Source of the DNA: Christensenellaceae bacterium Phil1
Lineage (GTDB): Bacteria; Bacillota; Clostridia; Peptostreptococcales; Anaerovoracaceae
Reading direction: 5' to 3'
NCBI GenBank assembly: GCA_963648745.1
Contig: CAVJEY010000004.1
Coordinates: forward strand, 1 to 39,812
Length of the DNA stretch: 39,812 bases
Below the pieces are notes generated by a model. It had not been told where the DNA came from and searched no databases. It saw nothing but the letters and a program-made list of their open reading frames with translations. The translations under genes were made by a program, and so were the position numbers. The first letter of the stretch is position 1; every line of letters begins with the position of its first letter. Positions 32,617 to 39,812 of this stretch are shown here, piece by piece.

Positions 32617-33428
32617 TGTCCTGTCTGCACTCCCAATGTCCTGTTCTGAAGTTCATTTTTTTCACCAAGCAGCAGATTCTTTAGAAACAGTTCCAGATAC
32701 TCTGTAGTCTCGTGAACGCCATTAACAAGGTCATTATAGTTTGCACGCACCAGTGCATTTCTGAAATACCATGCGTTTTGTGCAAATATATCATTTGTCA
32801 CATCAAAGCCCAGTGTTCTCAGATATTTTATAAAAAACACCGCAGTTGTTCTGGTATTTCCTTCACCAAAAACATGAATCTGCCACAATCCGGATACAAA
32901 TGCTGCAATATGATGTATTATTTCATCCATGGAAAGTCCTTTGTAGCTGTACTTTTTTTCCTGCAGAATATCATACTCTAAGGTTGCCTCAAGTTCTGAT
33001 GCGCTCCCGTAGGTAACTGTCGCTCCGTCTAATATCCATTCTTTTTTGGTAATGTTGTATTCTCGTATTTCACCTGCATTCTCATATATACCCTGAAACA
33101 GTTTTTTATGAACAGTCAGATACTCTTTTGGGGTGAGTGAAAATGATCTCTCTGACAAAAGTTTTGCTATTCTCTGAGAGACTTTATCTGCCTCTTCCAC
33201 ACGACCGTATTCCGGATTTTCTTCATAGTAGGCTTCAAGCAGCTCTCCGGCTTCGTCTATAGTGATTTTGCCTTCAATATTCTGTATTGCAGTTCCTGCA
33301 AGATATTCTGAAGTCTTAAGTCCGTCCACATCCTGAAGCCCTATTGCGGTACGCCATGCATAGGCTCTGTCACGCCTGCTGGGCTCTGACTGCTTTATAC
33401 ATTCTCTAAAAGGATCCTGTGAACACAT
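32613..33428 (-). CDS. Fic/DOC-family protein with a non-canonical active-site motif
   Basis: The Fic motif reads HVFGEGNTRTTA, against the canonical HxFx(D/E)GNGRxxR. 271 aa, ATG start. Confidence 0.85.
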   Translation of the reverse strand: MCSQDPFRECIKQSEPSRRDRAYAWRTAIGLQDVDGLKTSEYLAGTAIQNIEGKITIDEAGELLEAYYEENPEYGRVEEADKVSQRIAKLLSERSFSLTPKEYLTVHKKLFQGIYENAGEIREYNITKKEWILDGATVTYGSASELEATLEYDILQEKKYSYKGLSMDEIIHHIAAFVSGLWQIHVFGEGNTRTTAVFFIKYLRTLGFDVTNDIFAQNAWYFRNALVRANYNDLVNGVHETTEYLELFLKNLLLGEKNELQNRTLGVQTGH

Positions 33429-33607
33429 TGCGTTTTCCTCTCTTTATTCTTCAATCTCTGCTCTGGTTATCTTATTATTTCTACAGTTATTAATTCTGAA
33501 AGATAATTATCCTGAGCGACATTATAATTCAGATTATGTATTTATCCATCATATCATCTCCATGGTTTATTCGTACCATACTCAGGCACTTTCGCTATTC
33601 CATTAGG

Positions 33608-33693
33608 TCTTAATAACCCTACCCTTCAAAATAGTTATATATACTCTCCTCAACCTCATCCTTCATACTGAATATGATGTTAACAACCGGAAG
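33608..33693 (-). repeat. 86-bp relic copy of the 3' end of the 957-aa helicase gene (direct repeat A)
   Basis: 83 of 86 positions identical to 34787-34872. It encodes LPVVNIIFSMKDEVEESIYNYFEG-stop but has an in-frame TGA immediately upstream and no start codon. Confidence 0.9.
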
Positions 33694-33727
33694 TTTTCAT
33701 GCTTTTTAGTTTTCATTTTTAAAACTC

Positions 33728-34738
33728 TCAATCCTGTTGAGAGTTTTTGACTTCTTCCTCTGCTATATCGTACAATTCAGCCAGTTTCCTCTGCAGAATA
33801 CTCTTATCTATCAGTTTTGTCTTATACTCAGCAATCATTGTCTGAGATAAACTTCTGCTCAAAGAGTATTCCACAACATCTGTATCTGCATTTTTACATA
33901 GAATCATCCCAACACTCGGGTTCTCTTGCGGCTTCTTAACATCTCTGTCCAATGCTTCCAGATAGAAATCCATCTTCCCCATATATTCTGGTTTAAAATC
34001 ATCAATTTTTAAATCAATCGCGACCAGGCATCGCAGTTCTCTATGATAGAAAAGAAGATCTACATAATAATCATTATTTCCAACTTGAACGTGATACTCT
34101 TCATCAACAAAAAGGAAGTCTCTCCCAAATTCAAGCAGAAATTTCTTCATATTTTTCAAAATTGCTTTTTTCAAGTCATACTCTTTATAAGGCTCTGGAA
34201 GATCTAGAAATTCCAACATATACATATCTCGAAGCACACCAGTCATATCTTTGCTCTCAATCGCTGATGAAGCCTTACCATTTGATAAAAGCAGACGCTC
34301 GTAATATCCACTGTCAATCTGTCTTGCCAGCTCTTTTGCCTTATATTTCTCTTTGGAAGCCAGTTTCAGGTAAAATTCCTTTTCTTCATAGCTTTTGGTT
34401 TTGGATATAATATGCATATTATTTGACCATGTATTTTCTCTCAACAGCGTTGAGAGTTCTGGTCTATCTTTATATGTTTCATAAAATTGTTTCATCCTCC
34501 ATATATTCTGTGATGAATAGCCTCTGATGCCAGGCTCTCTGCTAAGGATATATTCGGACAAGGCTTTAACTGTAGATTTTCCCCAGCCGTTTACTTCGAT
34601 TTGCTTTGAAACATACTCTCCAATAGCCCAATATAATTCTATGACAGTGGAATTAACCTGGTACTCCGCTTTATGCTTTGCCGAATAGATCATTTCAAGC
34701 ACATCATCAAATAATCTTGCAATTTCATTTTCATTCAT
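33728..34738 (-). CDS. DUF1016 / YhcG-family PD-(D/E)XK nuclease-like protein
   Basis: Characteristic blocks ELYWAIGEY, NIWRMKQFYETY, YYVDLLFYHRELRCLVAIDLK (D..D/ExK) and GKMDFYLEALD. Confidence 0.85.
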   Translation of the reverse strand: MNENEIARLFDDVLEMIYSAKHKAEYQVNSTVIELYWAIGEYVSKQIEVNGWGKSTVKALSEYILSREPGIRGYSSQNIWRMKQFYETYKDRPELSTLLRENTWSNNMHIISKTKSYEEKEFYLKLASKEKYKAKELARQIDSGYYERLLLSNGKASSAIESKDMTGVLRDMYMLEFLDLPEPYKEYDLKKAILKNMKKFLLEFGRDFLFVDEEYHVQVGNNDYYVDLLFYHRELRCLVAIDLKIDDFKPEYMGKMDFYLEALDRDVKKPQENPSVGMILCKNADTDVVEYSLSRSLSQTMIAEYKTKLIDKSILQRKLAELYDIAEEEVKNSQQD

Positions 34739-34786
34739 GCCTTATTCTCCCCTCTTCACACATGTATTTTCTCTATTCCATCCAGT

Positions 34787-34872
34787 TCTTAATAATCCTA
34801 CCCTTCAAAATAGTTATATATACTCTCCTCAACCTCATCCTTCATACTGAATATGATATTAACCACCGGAAG
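34787..34872 (-). repeat. 86-bp direct repeat B (the functional 3' end of the helicase gene plus 11 nt of 3' UTR)
   Basis: See repeat A. It differs from A at 3 positions: 1 in the UTR and 2 synonymous. Confidence 0.9.
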
Positions 34873-37671
34873 CTCTTTGCCTTTGTCATTTGTAATTGTC
34901 TTTTGAACATACTCCGCAGGCTCCATATCTCCCATATAGTAAAAATCTGTACCTTCACCGTCGCTTTTTTTGACAAACAGCAATATCCTTAATCCGGAAG
35001 TTTCATATTCTCTGATTGCTTCAACCTCTTTGTGCTCCAGCGTTACCCGGTTTCTTGTCATCCAGCTGAAACAGCCCGGATTAATAAAAGAATCCTCATA
35101 TTTGGTACTGCCGGCTATATCGTCATTTTTATGATATGTAACAAATACCGGACATGTATTGTATTTAATCCTGTAGCCGTACATCGTGGATTCTTCGTTT
35201 TTGTCCCAGTTAAGTATCCTACATACGTCTTTTCTTGAATATTTGTCATACAGTATAAACCCGCTGCGAAATCTGCTGCTGTCAAAGTCTGTTATCATTT
35301 TTTTGACGCAGTATGAAATCATGTCCGAAAGATATGTATTAAGTGGCTCGCTGTTTATCCTGTCAAAGTATGACCTGTCCATAACAAACCTGCTGCCTTC
35401 GACAGAAATATTCTGCTTCACATCATATGCCGCTATATCGCCGTCCTTCATAAACTGTCCATTAAGGTTGTTAACTGCAGAAGCTGCTGTATCCATATCA
35501 GGTTCATATCCAAATCTGTCATACACAAGTGTTTTGAACTCATTAATATCAGTCTGCTGCTTTGCTTTGAGCAACACCAGTAATGCAGCCTCTTCAAACC
35601 TCTTGCAGTTAAGTATTTCAGACGAGTAAAAAGCTAAAAGCTTCCTGTCATCATCCGCCATATCCGGATGGCTTTCGTTATCTATACTTTTTGCAAAATC
35701 ATAATATGAACTCTTGTTTTTGTATTCTACAAACGCATATGGCTCTCTACCGCCCTGCTCTACAAAGTCTGTCATCATCGGAACTCTTCCGAGACGATAT
35801 TTCATAAGCTCATATTCTTTTTTGAGCTCTGCCTTGGTTGAAAGATTGGTTTCTTCTATGGCTTTGTATATGCGTTCCTTTGAAATTCTGTCAAAGTTTA
35901 TGGTCGAGCAGCCCGGTATCGTACTGCTGCCTGTGTTTATGAGCTTGCGAATAGTATCCTTGTTGTATGAACGCTCTCCGTACAAGGCTATCGGCACAAG
36001 ATAGTTGTTGCTGTAATTTCCTATGAAATCTATTACGGTCAGGTATTCTTTGCCCGGATATTTCCTGAGGCCTCTTCCAAGCTGCTGCACGAATATTATC
36101 GCGGACTGAGTCGGCCTTAACATTATAAGCTGGTTTACAGACGGAATATCCACGCCCTCGTTAAAAATATCGACTGTAAATATGTAGTCAAGATACTCAT
36201 TGCCGTCGCTTTCAAGCAGCTCTATGGCTTTTTCTCTCTGCTCCTCGCTGTCGGCTCCGCTTAGTGCGACGGTCCTGTAGCCTCTGGCATTAAATGCATC
36301 TGACAGTTCTTTTGCTTCTTTGTTTCTGCTGCAGAATACAAGGCCCTTCACTCTGCCCTCAGAGCTACTGTAGTATCTTGCATTGTCTATTATATGAGAT
36401 ACCCTCTGCTCACACACCAGACTGTTAAAATCGCTGTTATCATCAAGAATATTGCCATCTACCGATATTTCTGTCACTCCAAAATAGTGAAACGGCACAA
36501 GCATATTTTCTTCAAGAGCCCTGTGCAGTCTGATTTCGTAAGCTATATTGTAGTCAAACAAGCTGAATATATCAAAGCCGTCTGTTCTCTCAGGGGTGGC
36601 TGTCATTCCAAGCATAAATTCAGGCCTGAAATACTCTATTATTTTTGTATAGGTCGCCGCGCCTGCTCTATGTACTTCGTCTATAATTATGTAATCGAAA
36701 TAATCCGGTGCAAATTGCTGCAGGTTATCATCCTTTGACATAGTCTGTACCATTGCAAATGTATAGTCATAGTCAAAATGCTTATTGCTGCCTGAAACTA
36801 CTCCCGCATTTATATCATATCCCAGCACACGCTTAAAGCTCTCCATTGCTGCCCTCGCTATGTTTTCTCTGTGAACAAGGAACAACACTTTTGAGGCTTT
36901 GAACTTCCTGACATCAAAAGCAGACAAATAGGTTTTGCCTGTTCCTGTTGCAGATATCAGCAGGGCTTTTTGTTTGCCTTCTTTTCGGAGTGCTTCCAGC
37001 TGCCTTAAAGCTTCGTACTGCATTTTGTTTGGATTTATTTTTTTGAGTGCAATTACAGGAGTTTGTTTTTCTATCGTTTTAACCTGTGCATATATTTTTT
37101 CGTATTCCTCAATCCATTCTTCCGTAACTTCAGTTGCGTTTGCAAAAGTACGCTCAAATTCCTTAAAAATATTCTGCATTACAGAACCGTTTTCAAGAGA
37201 AGATAATTTGAGGTTCCATTCTTTGTTCTCCGCCAACGCTTTTTGAGTGAGGTTACTTGAGCCTATGATAAAAGAATAGCTGTCCTTGTGTCTGAATATA
37301 TATCCTTTGGCATGAAAATCTTCATCTGTTACTATTTTTAACTGTATATTTTTGAATTTCAAAAGACGTCTGAGTGCTCCGGGTTGGGTAAAATTCTGAT
37401 ACTGTGATGTTATGATTTTGCCTTTGACGCCTTTTTCCTCAAGCTCTTTTAATGTGTTAATCAACGATGCAACACCGCTACCTGTAATAAATGCTACAGA
37501 AAAATAAAATTCATCACATGCTATGAGCTCGCTCTCTATGCTTGTAAGAACTTTCATTCCTCTTTTGTAATCATTTACAAGAAGCTTCGGGTTGTATTTC
37601 TCGATAGATTTCATATTGCAGTCAATAAAACCGTTGGTCAGACCTGCTGCAAGATTTGTACTGATATCCAT
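34798..37671 (-). CDS. PLD(HKD)-nuclease / SF2 (ResIII-type) helicase / DUF3427 three-domain protein
   Basis: HKD motif HAKGYIF..GSSNLT (about aa 120-141). Helicase motifs ATGTGKT (241-247), DEVH (331-334), TATP (357-360) and QQLGRGLR. About 300 aa of C-terminal region recognised as DUF3427-like. Confidence 0.85.
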   Translation of the reverse strand: MDISTNLAAGLTNGFIDCNMKSIEKYNPKLLVNDYKRGMKVLTSIESELIACDEFYFSVAFITGSGVASLINTLKELEEKGVKGKIITSQYQNFTQPGALRRLLKFKNIQLKIVTDEDFHAKGYIFRHKDSYSFIIGSSNLTQKALAENKEWNLKLSSLENGSVMQNIFKEFERTFANATEVTEEWIEEYEKIYAQVKTIEKQTPVIALKKINPNKMQYEALRQLEALRKEGKQKALLISATGTGKTYLSAFDVRKFKASKVLFLVHRENIARAAMESFKRVLGYDINAGVVSGSNKHFDYDYTFAMVQTMSKDDNLQQFAPDYFDYIIIDEVHRAGAATYTKIIEYFRPEFMLGMTATPERTDGFDIFSLFDYNIAYEIRLHRALEENMLVPFHYFGVTEISVDGNILDDNSDFNSLVCEQRVSHIIDNARYYSSSEGRVKGLVFCSRNKEAKELSDAFNARGYRTVALSGADSEEQREKAIELLESDGNEYLDYIFTVDIFNEGVDIPSVNQLIMLRPTQSAIIFVQQLGRGLRKYPGKEYLTVIDFIGNYSNNYLVPIALYGERSYNKDTIRKLINTGSSTIPGCSTINFDRISKERIYKAIEETNLSTKAELKKEYELMKYRLGRVPMMTDFVEQGGREPYAFVEYKNKSSYYDFAKSIDNESHPDMADDDRKLLAFYSSEILNCKRFEEAALLVLLKAKQQTDINEFKTLVYDRFGYEPDMDTAASAVNNLNGQFMKDGDIAAYDVKQNISVEGSRFVMDRSYFDRINSEPLNTYLSDMISYCVKKMITDFDSSRFRSGFILYDKYSRKDVCRILNWDKNEESTMYGYRIKYNTCPVFVTYHKNDDIAGSTKYEDSFINPGCFSWMTRNRVTLEHKEVEAIREYETSGLRILLFVKKSDGEGTDFYYMGDMEPAEYVQKTITNDKGKELPVVNIIFSMKDEVEESIYNYFEG

Positions 37672-38078
37672 TATATTTCTCCCTGATTTACCAATGCCTC
37701 AACAACCGGTCTGTCTGCTGCTGCCCAGTCGATTTCGCTAAGGCTGTGCAAATCTTTCCATACAGCGTTTATGTGCTCTTTTAGCACTATATGCCTGTCC
37801 TCCATATTACAGATAAAGCAATGCATTCTTATGGCAAAGTCTGGGTAGGTATGCTCTACGGTATAAAAATGCTTCATAGACTCTGCCGGAATATGCACTT
37901 CCATTTCCTCTATAAGTTCTCTGTGCAAAGCTTCCGCAGGTGTCTCCCCCTGCTCTATTTTGCCGCCCGGAAATTCGTATTTGTATGACACATAATCATA
38001 TTTGCCTTTGCTTCTCTGCGCGCATAATATCTCGCCATTATTCACAAGTATAGCGCCTGATACTTCTATTGTTTTCAT
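37671..38078 (-). CDS. NUDIX hydrolase (MutT/NudG-like nucleoside triphosphate pyrophosphohydrolase)
   Basis: NUDIX box GGKIEQGETPAEALHRELIEEMEV. The stop codon TAA shares 1 nt with the helicase ATG (TAATG). Confidence 0.88.
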   Translation of the reverse strand: MKTIEVSGAILVNNGEILCAQRSKGKYDYVSYKYEFPGGKIEQGETPAEALHRELIEEMEVHIPAESMKHFYTVEHTYPDFAIRMHCFICNMEDRHIVLKEHINAVWKDLHSLSEIDWAAADRPVVEALVNQGEI

Positions 38079-38303
38079 CCCTGCTGCCTCTTAATTCTTT
38101 TTGATAGTTACATTCTACCACGCCCAAGTGTATTTGTGCAAAAAAGTTGCCCTCACATACCCCTGCAGGCTATACTTTGATTCAAATTTTGTGCATCAGA
38201 ATTATCAGCTCCGCATCTTTCCGGGCAGTTACATAATACACTGCATATTGTCCCTAAAACGGTACATTATTTACAGGTAACAAAATCTGTTTCCGCTCAT
38301 ACT

Positions 38304-38597
38304 ATGAAGTATACTGTTCAGAAAGGGGATTTTAATTTGATTCAGGACGGAATAGAAATAAACAGAACCACGCCAAGGCCGTATGTAGGCATGCCTGTTG
38401 AGATTGATGACGAGCCTGCAGACAATACCGAAAAACAAAAACCTGCATGCTGCAGTGATTTTGAAGGCTGCGCACCTGCAATGGCGTATGTGCCATGGCA
38501 GGCATGGGAAAAGACATATGAACCGGAAGAAGGGCTGATGAACGGAACTATATTTCCTTGTCTCAACCTGCCTTTCTCAGGAGGGCGATGCAAATGA
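38304..38597 (+). CDS. cotJA: Spore coat-associated protein CotJA
   Basis: Conserved C-terminal block AMAYVPWQ.W...Y..E.GL..GTIFP.L..PF. The start codon is uncertain because there is no clear RBS at 38304. Confidence 0.75.
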   Translation: MKYTVQKGDFNLIQDGIEINRTTPRPYVGMPVEIDDEPADNTEKQKPACCSDFEGCAPAMAYVPWQAWEKTYEPEEGLMNGTIFPCLNLPFSGGRCK

Positions 38598-38836
38598 ATG
38601 AGCTTTCAAAAAAAGTGGTGACGCTTGCCTTTGTATTAAAAGATACTCAGCTTTATCTTGACACTCACCCACACGATGAGGCAGCGCTTGGTTTCTATGA
38701 CAAATACAGAAACCTGTTTGAAAAAGCTGCTGCGGAATATGAGCAGCAGTACGGACCGCTTACACCTGCTGGAGTTAATATCAAAGACGGCTGGACATGG
38801 GCAACAATGCCATGGCCTTGGGAAACGGGGGAATAA
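38594..38836 (+). CDS. cotJB: Spore coat protein CotJB
   Basis: LAFVLKDTQLYLDTHPHDEAAL..Y is the CotJB signature. The ATG at 38594 overlaps the cotJA stop codon (ATGA); the track start is 38558. Confidence 0.8.
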   Translation: MNELSKKVVTLAFVLKDTQLYLDTHPHDEAALGFYDKYRNLFEKAAAEYEQQYGPLTPAGVNIKDGWTWATMPWPWETGE

Positions 38837-38839
38837 TTT

Positions 38840-39439
38840 ATGTGGACTTATGACAGAAAACTCCAGTACCCTATAAATATAAAGAATCCTAATCCTGCGA
38901 TGGCTAAATTCATCATATCGCAGTATGGCGGACCTGACGGTGAAATAGGCGCTTCCCTGAGATACCTTTCTCAGAGATATTCCATGCCTTACCCGGAGGT
39001 TGCTGCAGTACTTACCGACATCGGTACTGAGGAAATAGGACATTTTGAAATGGTGGCGGCTATTGTCCACCAGCTCACCAGAGATATGACAATAGAGCAG
39101 ATAAAAGAAGCCGGATTTGAAGATTACTTTGTCGATCATACGGCAGGCATATATGCGCAGGCAGCCGCGGGTTTTCCTTTTGATGCGCTGTGCTTTGCCT
39201 CAAAAGGCGATGCCATAACAGATCTGACGGAGGATCTTGCTGCAGAGCAGAAGGCACGAACCACCTATGACAATATATTAAGACTTGTTGATGACCCTGA
39301 TGTCATCGAACCTATTAAGTTCCTCAGAGCAAGAGAGGTTGTTCACTTCCAGAGGTTCGGAGAGGCACTGAGAATTGTTCAGGACAGACTGGACAGCAGG
39401 AATTTTTATGCCTTTAATCCCGAATTTGATAACTGCTAA
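38840..39439 (+). CDS. cotJC: CotJC (manganese-catalase-family spore coat protein)
   Basis: YGGPDGEIGASLRYLSQRY and EEIGHFEMV ferritin-like motifs. Third gene of the cotJ operon. Confidence 0.9.
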   Translation: MWTYDRKLQYPINIKNPNPAMAKFIISQYGGPDGEIGASLRYLSQRYSMPYPEVAAVLTDIGTEEIGHFEMVAAIVHQLTRDMTIEQIKEAGFEDYFVDHTAGIYAQAAAGFPFDALCFASKGDAITDLTEDLAAEQKARTTYDNILRLVDDPDVIEPIKFLRAREVVHFQRFGEALRIVQDRLDSRNFYAFNPEFDNC

Positions 39440-39462
39440 ACCGCAGGCTACGGTTCACAGTC

Positions 39463-39496
39463 AAAAAACAGCGCCCGTATTTTCTATGGGTGCTGT
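39463..39496 (-). terminator. Rho-independent terminator of the minus-strand ATPase gene (possibly bidirectional)
   Basis: On the minus strand, ACAGCACCC-N11-GGGCGCTGT (one G-U pair) is followed by TTTTT. Confidence 0.55.
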
Positions 39497-39510
39497 CATT
39501 GTGATTTGTT

Positions 39511-39812
39511 TCAGATACAGAATGCAGCATAGAGAGGAACGATTTTTTTATTGTCCTCAAAGCCGAAGTTTTTGGCAGAGAGCCTGATGGCATAGGCGGG
39601 CCTGTAGGTGTCCATATAGACCTTTAAGCTCTTGGCTCTGGTGTTGTCGGCAGATTTAACCTCAATGGGAATAAGCTGCCCGTCACGCTGAATGATAAAA
39701 TCAATTTCAGCACTGCGCCCGGACTCCCAATAGCAGGTGCGGTAGCCGTTAATGGTAAGCTGCACATTGACATAGTTCTCCGCCATACCGCCCTTGAAAT
39801 CGTTGATTTCCT
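39511..39812 (-). CDS. 3' part of a second AAA ATPase / DUF4143-family gene (the 5' end lies outside the window)
   Basis: The reading frame is open to the window edge. SAEIDFIIQRDGQLIPIEVKS is the DUF4143 PD-(D/E)XK-like block. Confidence 0.7.
   Translation of the reverse strand, partial: EINDFKGGMAENYVNVQLTINGYRTCYWESGRSAEIDFIIQRDGQLIPIEVKSADNTRAKSLKVYMDTYRPAYAIRLSAKNFGFEDNKKIVPLYAAFCI

Overview
This 39.8-kb window comes from a spore-forming, anaerobic Firmicute. The gene content is Clostridia-type: spoIID, cotJABC, rubrerythrin and desulfoferrodoxin. The THF-riboswitch core closely resembles the Eubacterium siraeum aptamer as I remember it. All calls rest on reading the ORF track and the DNA by eye; no searches were run.

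Layout:
(1) 1-12.9 kb is a mixed region. It holds HicB, a GH18 hydrolase, a LUD-domain protein, spoIID, a membrane LuxR regulator and a frameshifted carboxylesterase. It also holds an oxygen/ROS-detoxification cluster (rbr, dfx, Crp/Fnr, a PNPOx-like protein, a 4Fe-4S protein and an unusual XRE-desulfoferrodoxin fusion), a DUF3990 + 2x DUF3791 triad, a CarD-like regulator, and folT behind a THF riboswitch.
(2) 13.1-21.3 kb is one long minus-strand sulfur locus: SulP permease, sulfotransferase, CysD, CysN/CysC fusion, then a NitT/TauT-type ABC importer. No PAPS reductase is visible, so it looks like a PAPS-dependent sulfation locus.
(3) 21.3-38.1 kb is an A/T-richer island whose genes are co-directional on the minus strand, except for a plus-strand AAA ATPase at its left edge. 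It contains a DUF4143 AAA ATPase, a complete Wadjet jetABCD, a UvrD-like helicase, a RhuM / wHTH / Fic module, a DUF1016 (YhcG) nuclease gene bracketed by 86-bp direct repeats, and a translationally coupled NUDIX + PLD-SF2 helicase-DUF3427 pair.
(4) 38.3-39.8 kb holds cotJABC and the 3' part of a second DUF4143 ATPase gene.

No rRNA, tRNA, CRISPR array, transposase or integrase was seen.

Best candidates for something undescribed:
- the NUDIX / PLD-helicase-DUF3427 operon
- the repeat-bracketed nuclease cassette
- the Fic-wHTH-RhuM module
- the sulfotransferase locus
- the XRE-Dfx fusion regulator
- the ART-like DUF3990 triad
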